Part shown: piece by piece, positions 9,701 to 27,071 of the stretch
How the letters are laid out: each line of letters begins with the position of its first letter
How positions within the stretch are numbered: position 1 is the stretch's first letter
From: an uncultured Actinomycetota bacterium
Lineage (GTDB): Bacteria > Actinomycetota > Actinomycetes > Actinomycetales > Cellulomonadaceae
DNA: 64,000 nt
Reading direction: 5' to 3'
Assembly (NCBI GenBank): GCA_963782165.1
Contig: CAWAIO010000002.1
Span: 148,298 to 212,297, forward strand
The notes under the pieces: generated by a model
The model's input: the letters and a program-made list of their open reading frames with translations, nothing else
What the model was told of the DNA's origin: nothing
Database searches by the model: none
Program-made: the position numbers and the translations under genes

Positions 9701-12023
9701 AGCATCTCCTTGGGGTCGAGCTGGACGCGGACGGTTCCACCCTCTCGCTTCGCCGAGCGCACCGCGAGGGAGGCCGAGAGCTCGCGCGCGAGCCGGCGCC
9801 CCTCGCGCAGCGGCACGCGCACGATCGTGCGCACGGGGGGCTGCAACGACGGGTCGCGGGCGGGCCCGCCGCGCGCGGGGCGGGCCGCGGGCTCGGCGAC
9901 CTCCACGGGACCGAGCGTCGTCGAGGAGTCCGCGAGGCCCACGCGGGCCACCACCGCGTCCACGGCCGTCCGGTCCCCCGTGACCGCCGCGACCCGTACC
10001 GCGGGCGGCAGGTCGAGCTCGCGGCGCTCGGCCAGCTCGCGGTCCGCGAACCCGGCCGGGTCCCAGCGCACCAGGGCGTTGGTGGGCCCGGGGGCCGCGT
10101 CCCCCACGAGCAGCACCTGGCCACCCTCGCGGGCCGACCGCACCAGGCCCGCGGCAGCGAGCCAGCGGTGCAGGGCGTCCTGGGCGACCGCGAGCCCCAC
10201 GTGCGCGGTGCTCAGCGCCGCATCGAGCAGCAGCGCGGCGGCGTAGCCGCCCTCGGCCACGGGCTCGGCCCCCGGGGTCGCCACGACCACGGCGGGGCGC
10301 GGCCCGACGGCGGCGATCACCCCGCCCGGGGCGCTCGCCCCCGAGACGCGCACCGCCACGCCCGGGAAGGCCCGCCCGAGCTCCTCGGCCGTGCGACCCG
10401 ACCCGACGCGCACCGAGCGCAGGCCCGTCCAGTGGCACTCGTCGCACGACCACGCCCCGGCCAGTGCCCCGCACCACGCGCACTGCGGCGGTGCCCCGGG
10501 CCCGGGCAGCATGAGCGGCCCGTGGCACGTGCCGCAGTGCGCGGCCGTGCGGCAGCGCGCGCACGCCACCACGGGCATGTACCCGGCGCGCGGGACCTGG
10601 ACCAGCACCGGGCCCGCGCCCAGCGCGTCCCGCACGGCACGCCACGCCGCGCTCGGCAGGCGCGCGGCGGCCCCTGCCCCCTCCGACGCGAGCTCGACCG
10701 ACGTCAGCGCCCGCACCCGCGGGGCCCGCGCGCGCAGCACCTCGCGCGGCGCCGCGACCTCCCGGGCCCAGCCCGACGCGAGCAGCGCCTGGGCCTGCAC
10801 CGTGCGGCTGACCGAGCCGAGCAGGAACGCGGCCCCCTCCAGCTCGCTGCGCAGCGCGAGGACCTCACGCGCGTGCGGGTAGGGCGAGCGGGGCTCGGCG
10901 AGGGTCTCCTCGCCGTCGTTCCAGCACGCCACGAGGCCCAGGTCCTGGACGGGCGCGAACGCTGCGGCCCGCGTGCCGATCACGATCGGTACCTCGCCCC
11001 GCAGCGCCGCGAGGAAGCTGCGGTAGCGCGGCGAGGGGCCCTCGTCCGCGGTGAGCCGCACGAACTGCCCGTCCTGGCGCGCCGTGCGGGCCGTGTAGCC
11101 GGCGAGCTCGAGCGCGCGCGCCATCTGGTCGACGTCCCGCGCGTCCGGCAGCACGACGAGCGCCCCGCGCCCGCCCGTCACGGTCGCGCGCACGGCCTCG
11201 GCCAGGGCCAGTGCCCAGTGCTGGACGGCCTGCGCCGGGTCCTCGTCGCCTGCCCCGCGTCCGCCCGCGGCCCGGGCGCCCTGGACGGGCATCCGTCGGC
11301 CACGCGGCCCGGCAGGGCCGTCCAGACCGCGCGCGGGCCCGACCCGCCGACCAGGTGGTCAGGAACGCGGCCCCGCCGCGATAGGGGGCCCACTCGGAGG
11401 GGCGCGCCGCTGCGGGCGGCCGGTGCGCCGCGGCGGGCGTCCCGGCGCCCGCGGTGCTCGTGGGGACCGCCTCCGAGGCGCTCGCGGACCCGGCGTCGTC
11501 GAGGCCCGGGGCCGGGGGCTCGGCGTTCCCTGCTCGCCGCCCGACGACGCCGCCGCCTCCGCCCGTGCGTGACGCGGCGGGATCGCCAGGCGCAGGACGT
11601 CCGAGAGGGTGCCCGCGTAGTGGTCGGCGACCGTGCGGCACAGCTGCGCGACGTGCGGGGTGAGCACCCGCTCGGGGAGACGAGGCCTTGAGCGGCACGA
11701 GGCGGCCGTCGTGGTCGCTGTGCTCGGCACGGGCCAGGACGAACCCGTCCACCTCCTGGGGCCCGAACCGCGCCTTGACGCGGACGCCGGGCTGGGCGCC
11801 CGCCGCCATCGCGGCCGGGACCAGGTAGTCGAACGTGCGGTCCAGGTGGTGCGGGGACAGGTCGAGGACCACGCGGGCCACGGGCAGGTCGCTCGAGATC
11901 TCGAGCGACCCCACCGGGCGCGCCCCCTTGCCCGGGGACCGCGCAGCGCGCGGCGCCTCGGGCGGCGGGGAGCAGCGTCGCAGCTGCTCGCCCGCGTCCC
12001 CGGCGGTGTCCTGCGCTGGTCAT
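9697..12023 (-). CDS. priA: primosomal protein N' (actinobacterial PriA; several apparent frameshifts at 11270-11920)
   Basis: [42 protein letters not shown], CxxC zinc motifs and a VRVQLDP C-terminus; synteny metK-priA-fmt. Confidence 0.9.
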
Positions 12024-12029
12024 CGCCCT

Positions 12030-12051
12030 ATCTCAGCACGCGCCACCCACA
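12030..12051 (-). promoter_or_regulatory. candidate PafBC-type promoter of priA (TGTGGG-N10-TGAGAT-N6-ATG)
   Basis: Geometry matches the mycobacterial RecA-NDp motif TGTCGG-N10-TA-N3-T with 2 mismatches; shares TGTGGGTGGCG with the rarA upstream region. Confidence 0.45.
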
Positions 12052-12074
12052 CCGGGCGAACCGCGCGACGTGGC

Positions 12075-13287
12075 TCAGACCGCAGCCTGAGCGCGGTCGA
12101 CGCGGTCCGTGCGCTCCCACGTGAAGTCGGGCAGCTCGCGACCGAAGTGCCCGTAGGCCGCGGTCTGCGGAGTAGATGGGGCGCAGCAGGTCGAGGTCCG
12201 CGATGATCGCGGCCGGGCGCAGGTCGAAGACCTCGTCGATCGCGGCACGTGATGCGCTCGACCGGGACCGTCTCGGTGCCGAACGTCTCGACGTACAGGC
12301 CCACGGGGTGCGCCTTGCCGATCGCGTACGCGACCTGGACCTCGCAGCGGCGCGCGAGCCCGGCCGCGACGACGTTCTTGGCGACCCAGCGCATGGCATA
12401 GGCGGCCGAGCGGTCGACCTTCGACGGGTCCTTGCCCGAGAACGCGCCGCCGCCGTGCCGGGCCATGCCGCCGTAGGTGTCGACGATGATCTTGCGGCCC
12501 GTGAGCCCCGCGTCGCCCTGGGGGCCGCCGATCACGAACTTGCCGGTCGGGTTCACGAGCAGGCGGAAGTCCGCGACGTCCAGGTCGAGCCCTTCGACGA
12601 CGGGGGCGACGACGAGCTCGGCGACCTCGTGCGCGCAGCGTCTCCTGCAGGACGTCCTCGTCGTGCTGGGTCGAGAGCACCACGGTGTCGAGCGCGGACC
12701 GCACGGTCGCCCTCGTAGCCGATGGTGACCTGCGTCTTGCCGTCGGGGCGCAGGCCCGGCAGCGACCCGTCCTTGCGCACGAGCGGCCAGCCGCTCGGCG
12801 AGGCGGTGCGCGAGGAAGATCGGCAGCGGCAGGAGCGTGAGGGCGTCTCGTCGCGACGCGTAGCCGAACATCAGGCCCTGGTCGCCGGCGCCCTGGGCGT
12901 CGAGCGGGTCAGCGAGATGCTCGGGCCCGAGGAGTCGTCCCGCATCTCGAGGCCTTGTCGACGCCCTGCGCGATGTCGGGCGACTGCTGGCCGATCGAGA
13001 CCGAGACGCCGCACGAGTCGCCGTCGAAGCCGATGGCGGAGGACGTGTAGCCGATCCCCCGCACGACGTCGCGGACGATCTGCGGGATCTCGACGTAGGC
13101 CTCGGTCGTGACCTCTCCCGCGACGTGCACGAGGCCGGTGGTGACCATGGTCTCGACCGCCACGCGTGACGACGGGTCCTGCTCCAGGAGCGCGTCGAGG
13201 ATGGCGTCGGACGATCTGATCGCAGACCTTGTCCGGGTGACCCTCGGTCACGGACTCGGACGTGAACAGGCGCAGGTCGTCGCTCAT
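12075..13287 (-). CDS. metK: S-adenosylmethionine synthetase (multiple apparent frameshifts)
   Basis: [68 protein letters not shown]. Confidence 0.95.
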
Positions 13288-13352
13288 GCGCATCCAGCCT
13301 ACTGTCTCGCACAGGCGAACACGGCATCCGATCCTGAGACGTGAAGGAGATC

Positions 13353-14625
13353 TCAGTCCGTGGTCACGGCGAGCGGCAGCGAGAGCTTGACGACGGCGTC
13401 CCAGACCGCGTCCGCCACCTCGCGCTTGGACCCCGACGCCTGCGCCGACGACCTCTCCCGCGCCGTCGAGCGATCGTGACCTCGTTGCTGTCGGTGCCGA
13501 ACCCCCGTCCGGCGCCGACCGGCGTTGACCGCGATCAGGTCGGCGCCCTTGCGCCGCGCCTTGGCGCGGCCGTGGTCCAGCACGCTGCCGGACTCGTCGC
13601 CCGTCTCGGCCGCGAACCCACCACGACCTGCCCGGGTCGCAGGCGCTCGTGCGCCAGCTCGGCCAGGATGTCGGGGTTCTCGACGAGCTCGATCGGGCGC
13701 GGGCGCCTGGCCCGGCACCTTCTTGATCTTGGCGCCCGGGGTGCTCGCGGGCCGGAAGTCGGCGACCGCGGCGGCCATCACCACGACGTCGGCGCTCGGC
13801 GCCGCGGCACGCACCGCGTCCCGCAGCTCGGCGGTGGACTCGACCCGCGACCACGACGGTCCTCGATCCCGCGCACGGACTCGAGCTGGTCGGTCACGTG
13901 GGCGAGGTTCGCCGCCGACCAGCGTCACGTCGCGCGCCGCGCGTCCTGCGGCCGCCGCGCGAGCGCGACGCCCTGGCGCCCGCTGGAGCGGTTGCCGATG
14001 AACCGCACCGGGTCGATGGGTTCGCGCGTGCCGCCCGCGGAGACGACCACGTGCCGGCCGGCCAGGTCCTGCGCCGGTCCCGCCGGCTCGACCAGCGCGG
14101 TCGGCGACCAGCGCAGGCGCTCGCGGGCGATGTCCTCCGGCTCGGGCAGGCGGCCGGGGCCGGTGTCCTTGCCCGTGAGCCGGCCCGCAGGCGGGCTCGA
14201 TGACGTGGACGCCGCGCTCGCGCAGCGTCGCCACGTTCGGCCACGGTCGCGGGGTGCTCCCACATCTCGGTGTGCATCGCCGGGGCCATGACCACCGGGC
14301 AGCGCGCCGCCAGCAGGGTGGAGGTCAGCAGGTCGTCGGCGCGGCCGACGGCCGCGCGCGCGAGGAGGTCGGCGGTCGCGGGGGCGACGATCACGAGGTC
14401 CGCGCCCTTGCCGAGCGCGACGTGCGCACCTGCGGGACGTCGTCGAACACCTCGGTGCTGACCTGCTCGCCCGAGAGCGCCTCGAACGTGGGCGCACCCA
14501 CGAACGCGCAGCGCGGAGGCGGTGGGGACGACCCGCACGGCGTGCCCCTGCTCACGCAGCAGGCGCAGCAGGAGGACGGCCTTGTAGGCGGCGATTCCCC
14601 CGCTGACACCCAGCAGGATCCTCAT
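13353..14625 (-). CDS. coaBC: phosphopantothenoylcysteine decarboxylase/ligase (multiple apparent frameshifts)
   Basis: [58 protein letters not shown]. Confidence 0.94.
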
Positions 14626-14692
14626 CGGTACGAGCCCTCCCTCGCGCCCACGCCTCGCACGGAACGTCCACCCGCCCGGAGGCGGTCGACGG

Positions 14693-14965
14693 TCAGGGAG
14701 CCGGGACGTCCACGGTCTCGATGGTGAGCAGGCCCTGGTTGATCTCGCGCATCGCGATCGACAGCGGCTTCTCCTGGTTGCGGGTCTCGACGAGCGGGCC
14801 CACGTTCTCCAGCAGGCCCTCGTTGAGCTGCGAGTAGTACGCGTTGATCTGGCGAGCACGCTTGGCGGCGTAGATCACGAGCGCGTACTTGGAGTCGGCG
14901 CGCTCGAGCAGCTTGTCGATGGGCGGGTCGGTGATGCCCTCGGGGGCGGCGATGGTTCCGGACAC
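14693..14965 (-). CDS. rpoZ: RNA polymerase omega subunit
   Basis: [11 protein letters not shown]...[17 protein letters not shown]...[11 protein letters not shown]. Confidence 0.96.
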   Translation of the reverse strand: MSGTIAAPEGITDPPIDKLLERADSKYALVIYAAKRARQINAYYSQLNEGLLENVGPLVETRNQEKPLSIAMREINQGLLTIETVDVPAP

Positions 14966-15191
14966 AGTCTCACTCCGTGAGTCAGGGGGACCTGCGACGG
15001 TCTGTCAGGGCCGGTGCAGGATGGATGGTTCAGGTCCGACGTGCGGACCTTGTACAGCTGGGTCGATCACGAGGTTGCGCGCGCTCAGCACGCACGCGCC
15101 TGACGACCAGTCTACTGGGCAGGCACAAGTCGTCGGGGCGGCCGGTCGTCCTGCGCGCCGGGCCGACCTGGTGCGCGCACCGCACCACCGC

Positions 15192-15814
15192 TCAGGCGAC
15201 GGGCTTGAGTCCCATGGCCTCGACGAGCGCGTCGGTCGCCCGGTGCACCTCGTCGTTGACGATCACGACGTCGAACTCCTGCTCGGCGGCCAGCTCGACG
15301 CGTGCGGTCGCCAGCCGGCGCTCGCGCTCCTCGGGGCCCTCCGTGCCGCGTCCGACGAGGCGGCGCTCGAGCTCCTCCCAGCTGGGCGGGGCGAGGAACA
15401 CGAACCGCGCCTCCGGCATCGAGGCACGGACCTGGCGCGCCCCCTGGAGATCGATCTCCAGCAGGGCGGGCACGCCTGCCGCGAGCTTCTCCTCGACCGG
15501 ACGTCGCGGGGTGCCGTACCGGTTGCGCCCGTGCACCACGGCCCACTCGAGCATCTCGCCCTCCGCGACCAGGCGGTCGAACTCCTCGGCCGAGACGAAG
15601 TGGTAGTGGACGCCGTCCACCTCGCCCGGCCGCGCGTCCGGGTGGTCGCGGACACGGAGAGCCAGACCTGCGGGTAGCGGGCCCGGATGTCGGCGGACAC
15701 GGTCCCCTTCCCGACGGCGGTCGGGCCCGCGAGGACGGTCAGCCGGGCAGGGTGCTGTGGTGCGGCGGGTGACGAGGCAACCGGCGCAGCGGGTGAAGCG
15801 GAAATGTCAGCCAA
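15192..15814 (-). CDS. gmk: guanylate kinase (apparent frameshift near 15630)
   Basis: [41 protein letters not shown]. Confidence 0.94.
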
Positions 15815-16117
15815 ACCTCTCGATGAGCGCCGCGGACTGGTGGGGTCCCAGCCCGCGGACGCGACGCGTCTCGGCGATCCCGATCTCTTCCATGATCGCC
15901 CGGGCCTTAACCTTACCTACGCCAGGGAGCGACTCCAGCAGCGCGACGACGCGCAGCTTGCCGATCACGTCGTCCGTGCGGCCCTGCTCGATCACCTCGG
16001 CGAGCGAGCCCTGGGAGTACTTCAACCGGTTCTTGACCTCGGCGCGAGCTCGGCGTGCCTCGGCCGCCTTCTCGAGTTCGCCGCGCGCTGCTCGGGGGTC
16101 AGGGATGGTAGTGCCAC
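15807..16117 (-). CDS. mihF: actinobacterial integration host factor (apparent frameshift near 16078)
   Basis: MALPSLTPEQRAA / LEKAAEARRARAEVK...LLESLPGVGKV...RRVRGLG. Confidence 0.92.
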
Positions 16118-16244
16118 GCAAGTCACCTACTTGTCCTCAGACGGATGGGCCCACACGTGCACCGGGGCCGCCGACCGGATCACGAGCCCCGGTGGCGACC
16201 TCGACACCTTCGAAACTAGTCACACCTGGCAGGTCAGGCAACGC

Positions 16245-17129
16245 TCACACGCCCTGAGCAGCGAACTTCCTGACGATCTTCTCCCTGGTCGCAGGCTCGA
16301 CGCCGCACGCGTCGAGGTACCCGTCGATGCTCCCGAACTCCTGCTCGGCGAGCGCCCACGCTCCCTGCAGGTACTCGGGCTCGACGCCCAGCAGCGGCGT
16401 CAGCGCCTCCTTGTCGAGTCCGGGGATCGGGGGGATCACGGCCGCCATGCCCTCGACCGCGGCGGCGCTCGCGAGGTACTCGTCGAGCCGGTCCGCGTCG
16501 CTCACGCCGCAGAGGTACTGGACCAGGGCGACGATCCACCCCGTGCGGTCCTTGCCCGCCGAGCAGTGCACGACGACCGCGCCGTCGGCCTCCGCGACGT
16601 CCCGCAGGGCCTGTCCCACGGTCCGACGGATCCCGGGGTCCGTGACGAACGTCGCATAGACGCCGTGCATCATGGCACGGGCCAGAGCCTGCGGATCCTT
16701 CGAGCCGATCAGCTGTCCGATCATCGCGGCCGTGTCGGCAGACCGCTCCTCGGTGTCCTCGGCGTGGACCGCGGCGTCGGGGGCTCCGTCGCTCGAGGCG
16801 CGCAACGCGTGCCCGACGCCGGCCCCCGGGTCCATCCGCCGGGGCACCACGCGCGTGGTCGCCGGGACGACGTCCTGCCCGTCGCGCTCGACCTCGTCCT
16901 CCCCGCGCAGGTCGAGGTCGACGGTCACACCGAGGGCCTCGAGCGCCGCCACGCCCTGGGGCGTCAGGCGAGACAGGCCGGCGGTGCGCAGCAGGACGCC
17001 GGTGCGCAACGGCTCGGTGGCGCCGACGGGTACGGCACGGCCGCCCACGTCGCGCGCGTTCCAGGTCCCGGGGATGTCGAGAGCCCCGGGGTCGTCCGTC
17101 CGGGCGTGAGCAGCGAGAGAGGAGGTCAT
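16245..17129 (-). CDS. tyrosine-protein phosphatase family protein (Y_phosphatase3/MptpB-like)
   Basis: NARDVGG, DLR, HCSAGKDRTG P-loop, EYLAS. Confidence 0.88.
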   Translation of the reverse strand: MTSSLAAHARTDDPGALDIPGTWNARDVGGRAVPVGATEPLRTGVLLRTAGLSRLTPQGVAALEALGVTVDLDLRGEDEVERDGQDVVPATTRVVPRRMDPGAGVGHALRASSDGAPDAAVHAEDTEERSADTAAMIGQLIGSKDPQALARAMMHGVYATFVTDPGIRRTVGQALRDVAEADGAVVVHCSAGKDRTGWIVALVQYLCGVSDADRLDEYLASAAAVEGMAAVIPPIPGLDKEALTPLLGVEPEYLQGAWALAEQEFGSIDGYLDACGVEPATREKIVRKFAAQGV

Positions 17130-17253
17130 GGGGCGAGTCTGTCAGGTGGCGTCAAGAGCCGCCCCACGGTCGGTCGAGAGCCGCCGCATGTCCGAGGAGG
17201 CGCCCACCGGGATCGGTGGACGCCCCCTCGGACGTGCGCGAGCGTGCTGCCGT

Positions 17254-18148
17254 TCAGCCGCGCAGTGCGTCGGCCGCCTCGCGCGAGGCCGCCCGTGCCG
17301 CCGCGAGGAGCGAGGCCGCGTCGGGTCCGGCCGCGAGCACGCCGCGCGACGACGACGCCAGCACCTGCCGACGGGCGTCGCCGAACACCGCGGCGAGCTC
17401 GGCAGCGCCCGCGCCCTGCGCGCCGACCCCGGGGGCCAGGAGCGGACCGTTGACTGCCGCCAGGTCCACCCCGGTGTTGCGCGCCGCGTCACCGATGGTC
17501 GCTCCCACGACGAGGCCGATCGACCCAGCGGGTCCGACGCCCGCGTTGAGGGCGGCCGCCTCCGCCGCGAGTGCCGCGCAGCGACCGCCAGCGGACGTCG
17601 GCCCCGGCGCCCGTGCGGGCGTGCTGGACCGAGGCGCCCTCCGGGTTGGAGGTCAGGCACAGCACGAACAGCCCGCGCCCCGTGGCGAGCGCGGCCTCGA
17701 CGGCCGGTGCCAGCGAGCCGAAGCCCAGGTACGGCGAGACGGTCAGCGCGTCGCCCGCGAGCGGCGAGCCGTCGCGCAGGTAGGCGTCGGCGTAGCCGGC
17801 CATGGTCGACCCGATGTCGCCGCGCTTGGCGTCGACGATCGCTCAGCGTCCCGTGCCGGCCCCGTGGCCGCCGCGGCGGCCAGGACCTCCTCGAGCACCG
17901 CGACGCCCGCGGAGCCGTGCCGCTCGAACAGCGCCGACTGCGGCTTGAGCGCAGCGACCGTGCCCGCCCACGGCCTCCACGACCCGCAGGCGCGAACTCG
18001 CGCAGCCCCGTGGCGTCGTCGGGCAGGCCCCACGCCGCGAGCAGGCCCGGGTGCGGGTCGATGCCCACGCACAGCGGCCCGTGGGCGTCCATGGCCGCGG
18101 CGAGCCGCGCCCCGAAGGGCGCGACGGGCCGGGGTCACGGCGGCGCCG

Positions 18149-18152
<4 letters not shown>
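17254..18152 (-). CDS. pyrF: orotidine-5'-phosphate decarboxylase (multiple apparent frameshifts)
   Basis: [57 protein letters not shown]. Confidence 0.93.
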
Positions 18153-21517
<3,365 letters not shown>

Positions 21518-21520
21518 GGC

Positions 21521-22781
21521 TCAGATCTCACTTTCGGAGGACGGGGTGACCGGTGCGGCGTTCGTCGCGGAGCCGGAGGCCCCTGCGGAGTCGCGCATCA
21601 GGTCGAGGAAGCGGTCGAAGAGGTAGGCGGCGTCGTGCGGGCCCGCGGCGGCCTCGGGGTGGTACTGCACCGAGAAGGCCGGGCAGGTCGAGGCACGCGA
21701 GCCCCTCGACGACCTGGTCGTTGAGACCGACGTGCGAGACGACGACGCGGCCGTAGCGCCCGCCGTCGTGCGGGGCGACGGACTCCCCGTCGCGCGGGGC
21801 GTCGACGGCGAAGCCGTGGTTGTGCGCCGTGACCTCGACCTTGCCCGTGGTGCGGTCGAGCACCGGCTGGTTGATGCCGCGGTGGCCGTAGCCCAGCTTG
21901 TAGGTGCCGTAGCCGAGCGCGCGGCCCAGGATCTGGTTGCCGAAGCAGATGCCGAAGTACGGGATGCCGCGGTCGAGGACCGCGCGCAGCAGCTCGACCT
22001 CGGTCGTCGCCGCGCCCGGGTCGCCCGGGCCGTTGGAGAAGAACACGCCGTCGGGCGCGAGCGCGACGATCTGGTCGATCGTGGTCGTGCTCGGCACGAC
22101 GTGCACCCGCACGCCGCGCTCGGCGAGGCGCTGGGGCGTCATGGCCTTGATGCCCAGGTCGACCGCGACGACCGTCGCGACCGGCTCCTGACCGGCGTGC
22201 TCGCCCGAGGGCTCGACGACGTACGCCTCGGGCGTGCTGACCTCGCGGGCCAGGTCCGCACCCGTCATGGCCGGGGCCGAGCGGACGAGCTCGACGAGCT
22301 CCTCCGTGGGACGCGGGTAGCCGCCGCGACGCAGGTCCTCGCCCGAGAAGATGCCCGCACGCATGGCGCCGAGCTCGCGCAGGTGGCGCGTGAGCGCGCG
22401 CGTGTCGATCGAGCTGATGCCCACGACGCCCTGCGCCGCGAGGTCCTCGTCGAGCGAGCGCGTCGCGCGCCAGTTCGAGGCACGGCGCGCGGGGTCGCGC
22501 ACCACGTAGCCGCTGACCCAGATGCGGGTCGACTCGGCGTCCTCGTCGTTGACACCCGTGTTCCCGATGTGCGGAGCCGTCATGACGACGATCTGCCGGT
22601 GGTAGGAGGGGTCGGTCAGCGTCTCCTGGTAGCCGGTCATGCCGGTGTTGAAGACGATCTCGCCGAACGTCGTGCCGCGGGCGCCGTAGGCCAGGCCCGG
22701 TAGGGTCGTGCCGTCCTCGAGGACCAGGACAGCGGTCCGGTCGTCGGCCTGGGCGTCCGTGCTGGGGGTCGAGATGCTCAC
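21521..22781 (-). CDS. carA: carbamoyl-phosphate synthase small subunit (apparent frameshift near 21685)
   Basis: [45 protein letters not shown]. Confidence 0.95.
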
Positions 22782-23342
22782 TGCTGCGGCTCCTTCGAGT
22801 CGTCGTTCGGTGCGCTGTCGGCGGCGGGAAGAAGCTCGCGGACTGCGTTCAGGAGGGTGGCACGGTCGGCGGTCTGCTGGGTCCGCAGTCCAGTATCCAA
22901 GCGTGTGGCGGGCGCGCCGCCGGCGGCCGGGACTGTCCAGGTCAGCACGACGAGGCCGTCCTTGCCCACGTACTTGCCCGCCATCCCGGGGGCCAGCGAG
23001 ACGGCCTCGAGGGCGCTCGCGGCCAGGAAGAGGTCCGGTGGCGCCCTGGCGGGAGACCAGGACCCCGGTGCGGTGCACGGTCACGGTCGCGTTCGACCGG
23101 AAGCCGAGGCGGTGCGCCCCGACGCGGGCGAGCCAGTCCCCCGCGAGCGTGCTGGAGACGTAGACCGCGGTCACGGGGCCGGCCAGGACCTCGCCCAGGT
23201 CGCCCTCGGGGACGGCCGGCGGGGCGGGGACGGTCTGGGCCGTGCGGGTCGTCAGGCGCCTGAGGCCCACGAAGACGACCGCGAGCAGGACCAGGCCGAT
23301 GACGACCCAGATGCCGACCGCGACGGGAAGGGGGAGGTTCAC
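22778..23342 (-). CDS. conserved actinobacterial membrane protein of the pyr operon (Rv1382-like; apparent frameshift near 23035)
   Basis: N-terminal TM helix, [31 protein letters not shown]; typical position between pyrC and carA. Confidence 0.75.
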
Positions 23343-24683
23343 GAGCGGACCCCCACGACCTGCTCGACGGGTGCGCCGTCCAGGACGGTCGCACGCCCGC
23401 GCAGGAAGGTCGCGACGACCCGTCCCGGCAGCTCGGACCCCTGGAAGGGCGTGTTGGTGCTCGCGGTGGCCTGCGTCCGAGCCGTCGACCACGCGCCGGG
23501 CGGCCGGGTCGACCAGGGCCACGTTGGCGGGCTCGCCGACCTCGAGAGGGCGACCCTGCGCCGTCGGGCCCTCGTCGATGCGGCCGATGCGCGCGGGCGC
23601 GGCCGACAGGACGCGCGCGACGTCCGCCCAGGTCATGCGGCCAGAGTCGACCATGGTCTCCTGGACGACGCTCAGCGCCGTCTCCAGGCCCGTCATGCCG
23701 AACGCGGCCGCGGCCCACTCGCAGTCCTTGTCCTCGCGCGTGTGCGGGGCGTGGTCGGTCGCGACGATGTCGATCGTGCCGTCGGCCAGGCCCTGGCGCA
23801 CGGCCTCGACGTCCGCGGCGGTGCGCAGCGGCGGGTTGACCTTGAACGTCGGGTCGTAGTCGCGCGCGAGCTCGTCGGTGAGGATGAGGTGGTGCGGGGT
23901 GACCTCGGCCGTCACGTCGATCCCGCGGCCCTTGGCCCAGCGGATGATCTCGACCGAGCCGGCCGTGGACAGGTGGCACACGTGCAGGCGCGAGCCCACG
24001 TGCTCGGCGAGCAGCACGTCGCGCGCGATGATCGCCTCCTCGGCGACCGCGGGCCAGCCCGCGAGGCCGAGCTCGGCCGACACGACGCCCTCGTTCATCT
24101 GGGCGCCCTCCGTGAGGCGCGGCTCCTGCGCGTGCTGGGCCACGACGCCGTCGAACGCCTTGACGTACTCCAGCGCGCGGCGCATCAGGACGGGGTCGCA
24201 GACGCACTTGCCGTCGTCCGAGAACACCCGCACGCGCGCGGCCGAGTCCGCCATGGCGCCGATCTCTGCGAGATGGTGGCCTTCGAGGCCCACGCTGACC
24301 GCGCCGACCGGGTGGACATCGACCCAGCCCGCGTCGCGCCCGATCCGCCACACCTGCTCGACCACGCCCGCGGTGTCCGCGACGGGGGTCGTGTTGGCCA
24401 TGGCGTGCACGGCCGTGAAGCCGCCCACCGCCGCGGCGCGCGTGCCCGAGACGATGGTCTCGGCGTCCTCGCGGCCCGGCTCGCGCAGGTGCGTGTGCAG
24501 GTCGACGAGGCCGGGCAGGGCGACGAGGCCGGTCGCGTCGACGGCGGTCTCACCGTCCGCGACGGGGCTGCCCGTCGCACGGACCTCGGTGATGACACCG
24601 CCGGCCAGGACCAGGTCGACCGGGGCCGCGCCCAGCGGCGCCGCGCCCTGCAGGACGTAGGTGGTGGTTGGTGGTCTGCTCGC

Positions 24684-24687
<4 letters not shown>
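23339..24687 (-). CDS. pyrC: dihydroorotase (apparent frameshifts near both ends)
   Basis: [46 protein letters not shown]. Confidence 0.94.
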
Positions 24688-26414
<1,727 letters not shown>

Positions 26415-26653
26415 TCACCCTACCGCCCGACGGGGAGGGTCCTCGGCGCTTCTCACGGGGTGGGCAGGCGTCGTTGGTCACAGTGCGACGGCCGTCGTGG
26501 CGAGGGGCCCGGTGACAGCGCCGCGCGTCCGCGCAGGGGCCGACCAGCCGGGCCCCGGACGCACGGACGCCGGCCCCACCGCGAGGGCGGGGCCGGCGTC
26601 CAGGGGCACGACGTGCCACCGAGATGGCGTGAGGCGCTGCCGGTCGACCTGGC

Positions 26654-27070
26654 TCAGGCCAGGATCGTCGGCTTCATCTCCTCGATGCGAGCCAGCAGGC
26701 CGTTGACGAAGCTCGGCGAGTCGTCCGTCGAGAGCTCACGGGCGAGGTCGACGGCCTCGTCGATCGCGACGGCGTCGGGGACGTCGTCGTTGTAGAGGAT
26801 CTCCCAGCTGCCGATGCGCAGGAGCGCGCGGTCGACCGCGGGCATGCGCTCGAGGGTCCACCCGTGCGAGTAGGTCTCGAGCAGCTCGTCGATCCGCTCG
26901 CGGTACGCCAGGACTCCCTCGACGAGGTCCACGGTGTACTGCGGCAGGGGCGTCTGGCTGCCCGAGTCGACGATCCGGTCGGCGAGGAGGGTCTGCGGGT
27001 CCAGCTGGCGCTGCTCGGCCTCGAAGAGGACGTCGAGCGCGCGCTTGCGTGCCTTGGTTCGTGCACCCAC
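26654..27070 (-). CDS. nusB: transcription antitermination factor NusB
   Basis: ARTKARKRALDVLFE, WTLERMPAVDR, AIDEAV, FVNGLL. Confidence 0.96.
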   Translation of the reverse strand: MGARTKARKRALDVLFEAEQRQLDPQTLLADRIVDSGSQTPLPQYTVDLVEGVLAYRERIDELLETYSHGWTLERMPAVDRALLRIGSWEILYNDDVPDAVAIDEAVDLARELSTDDSPSFVNGLLARIEEMKPTILA

Positions 27071-27071
27071 G

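Noticed and set aside
21528-24428. 966-aa PyrC-membrane protein-CarA fusion in the ORF track
   Set aside because: Produced by indels joining three separately recognisable genes that have their own overlapping start/stop codons
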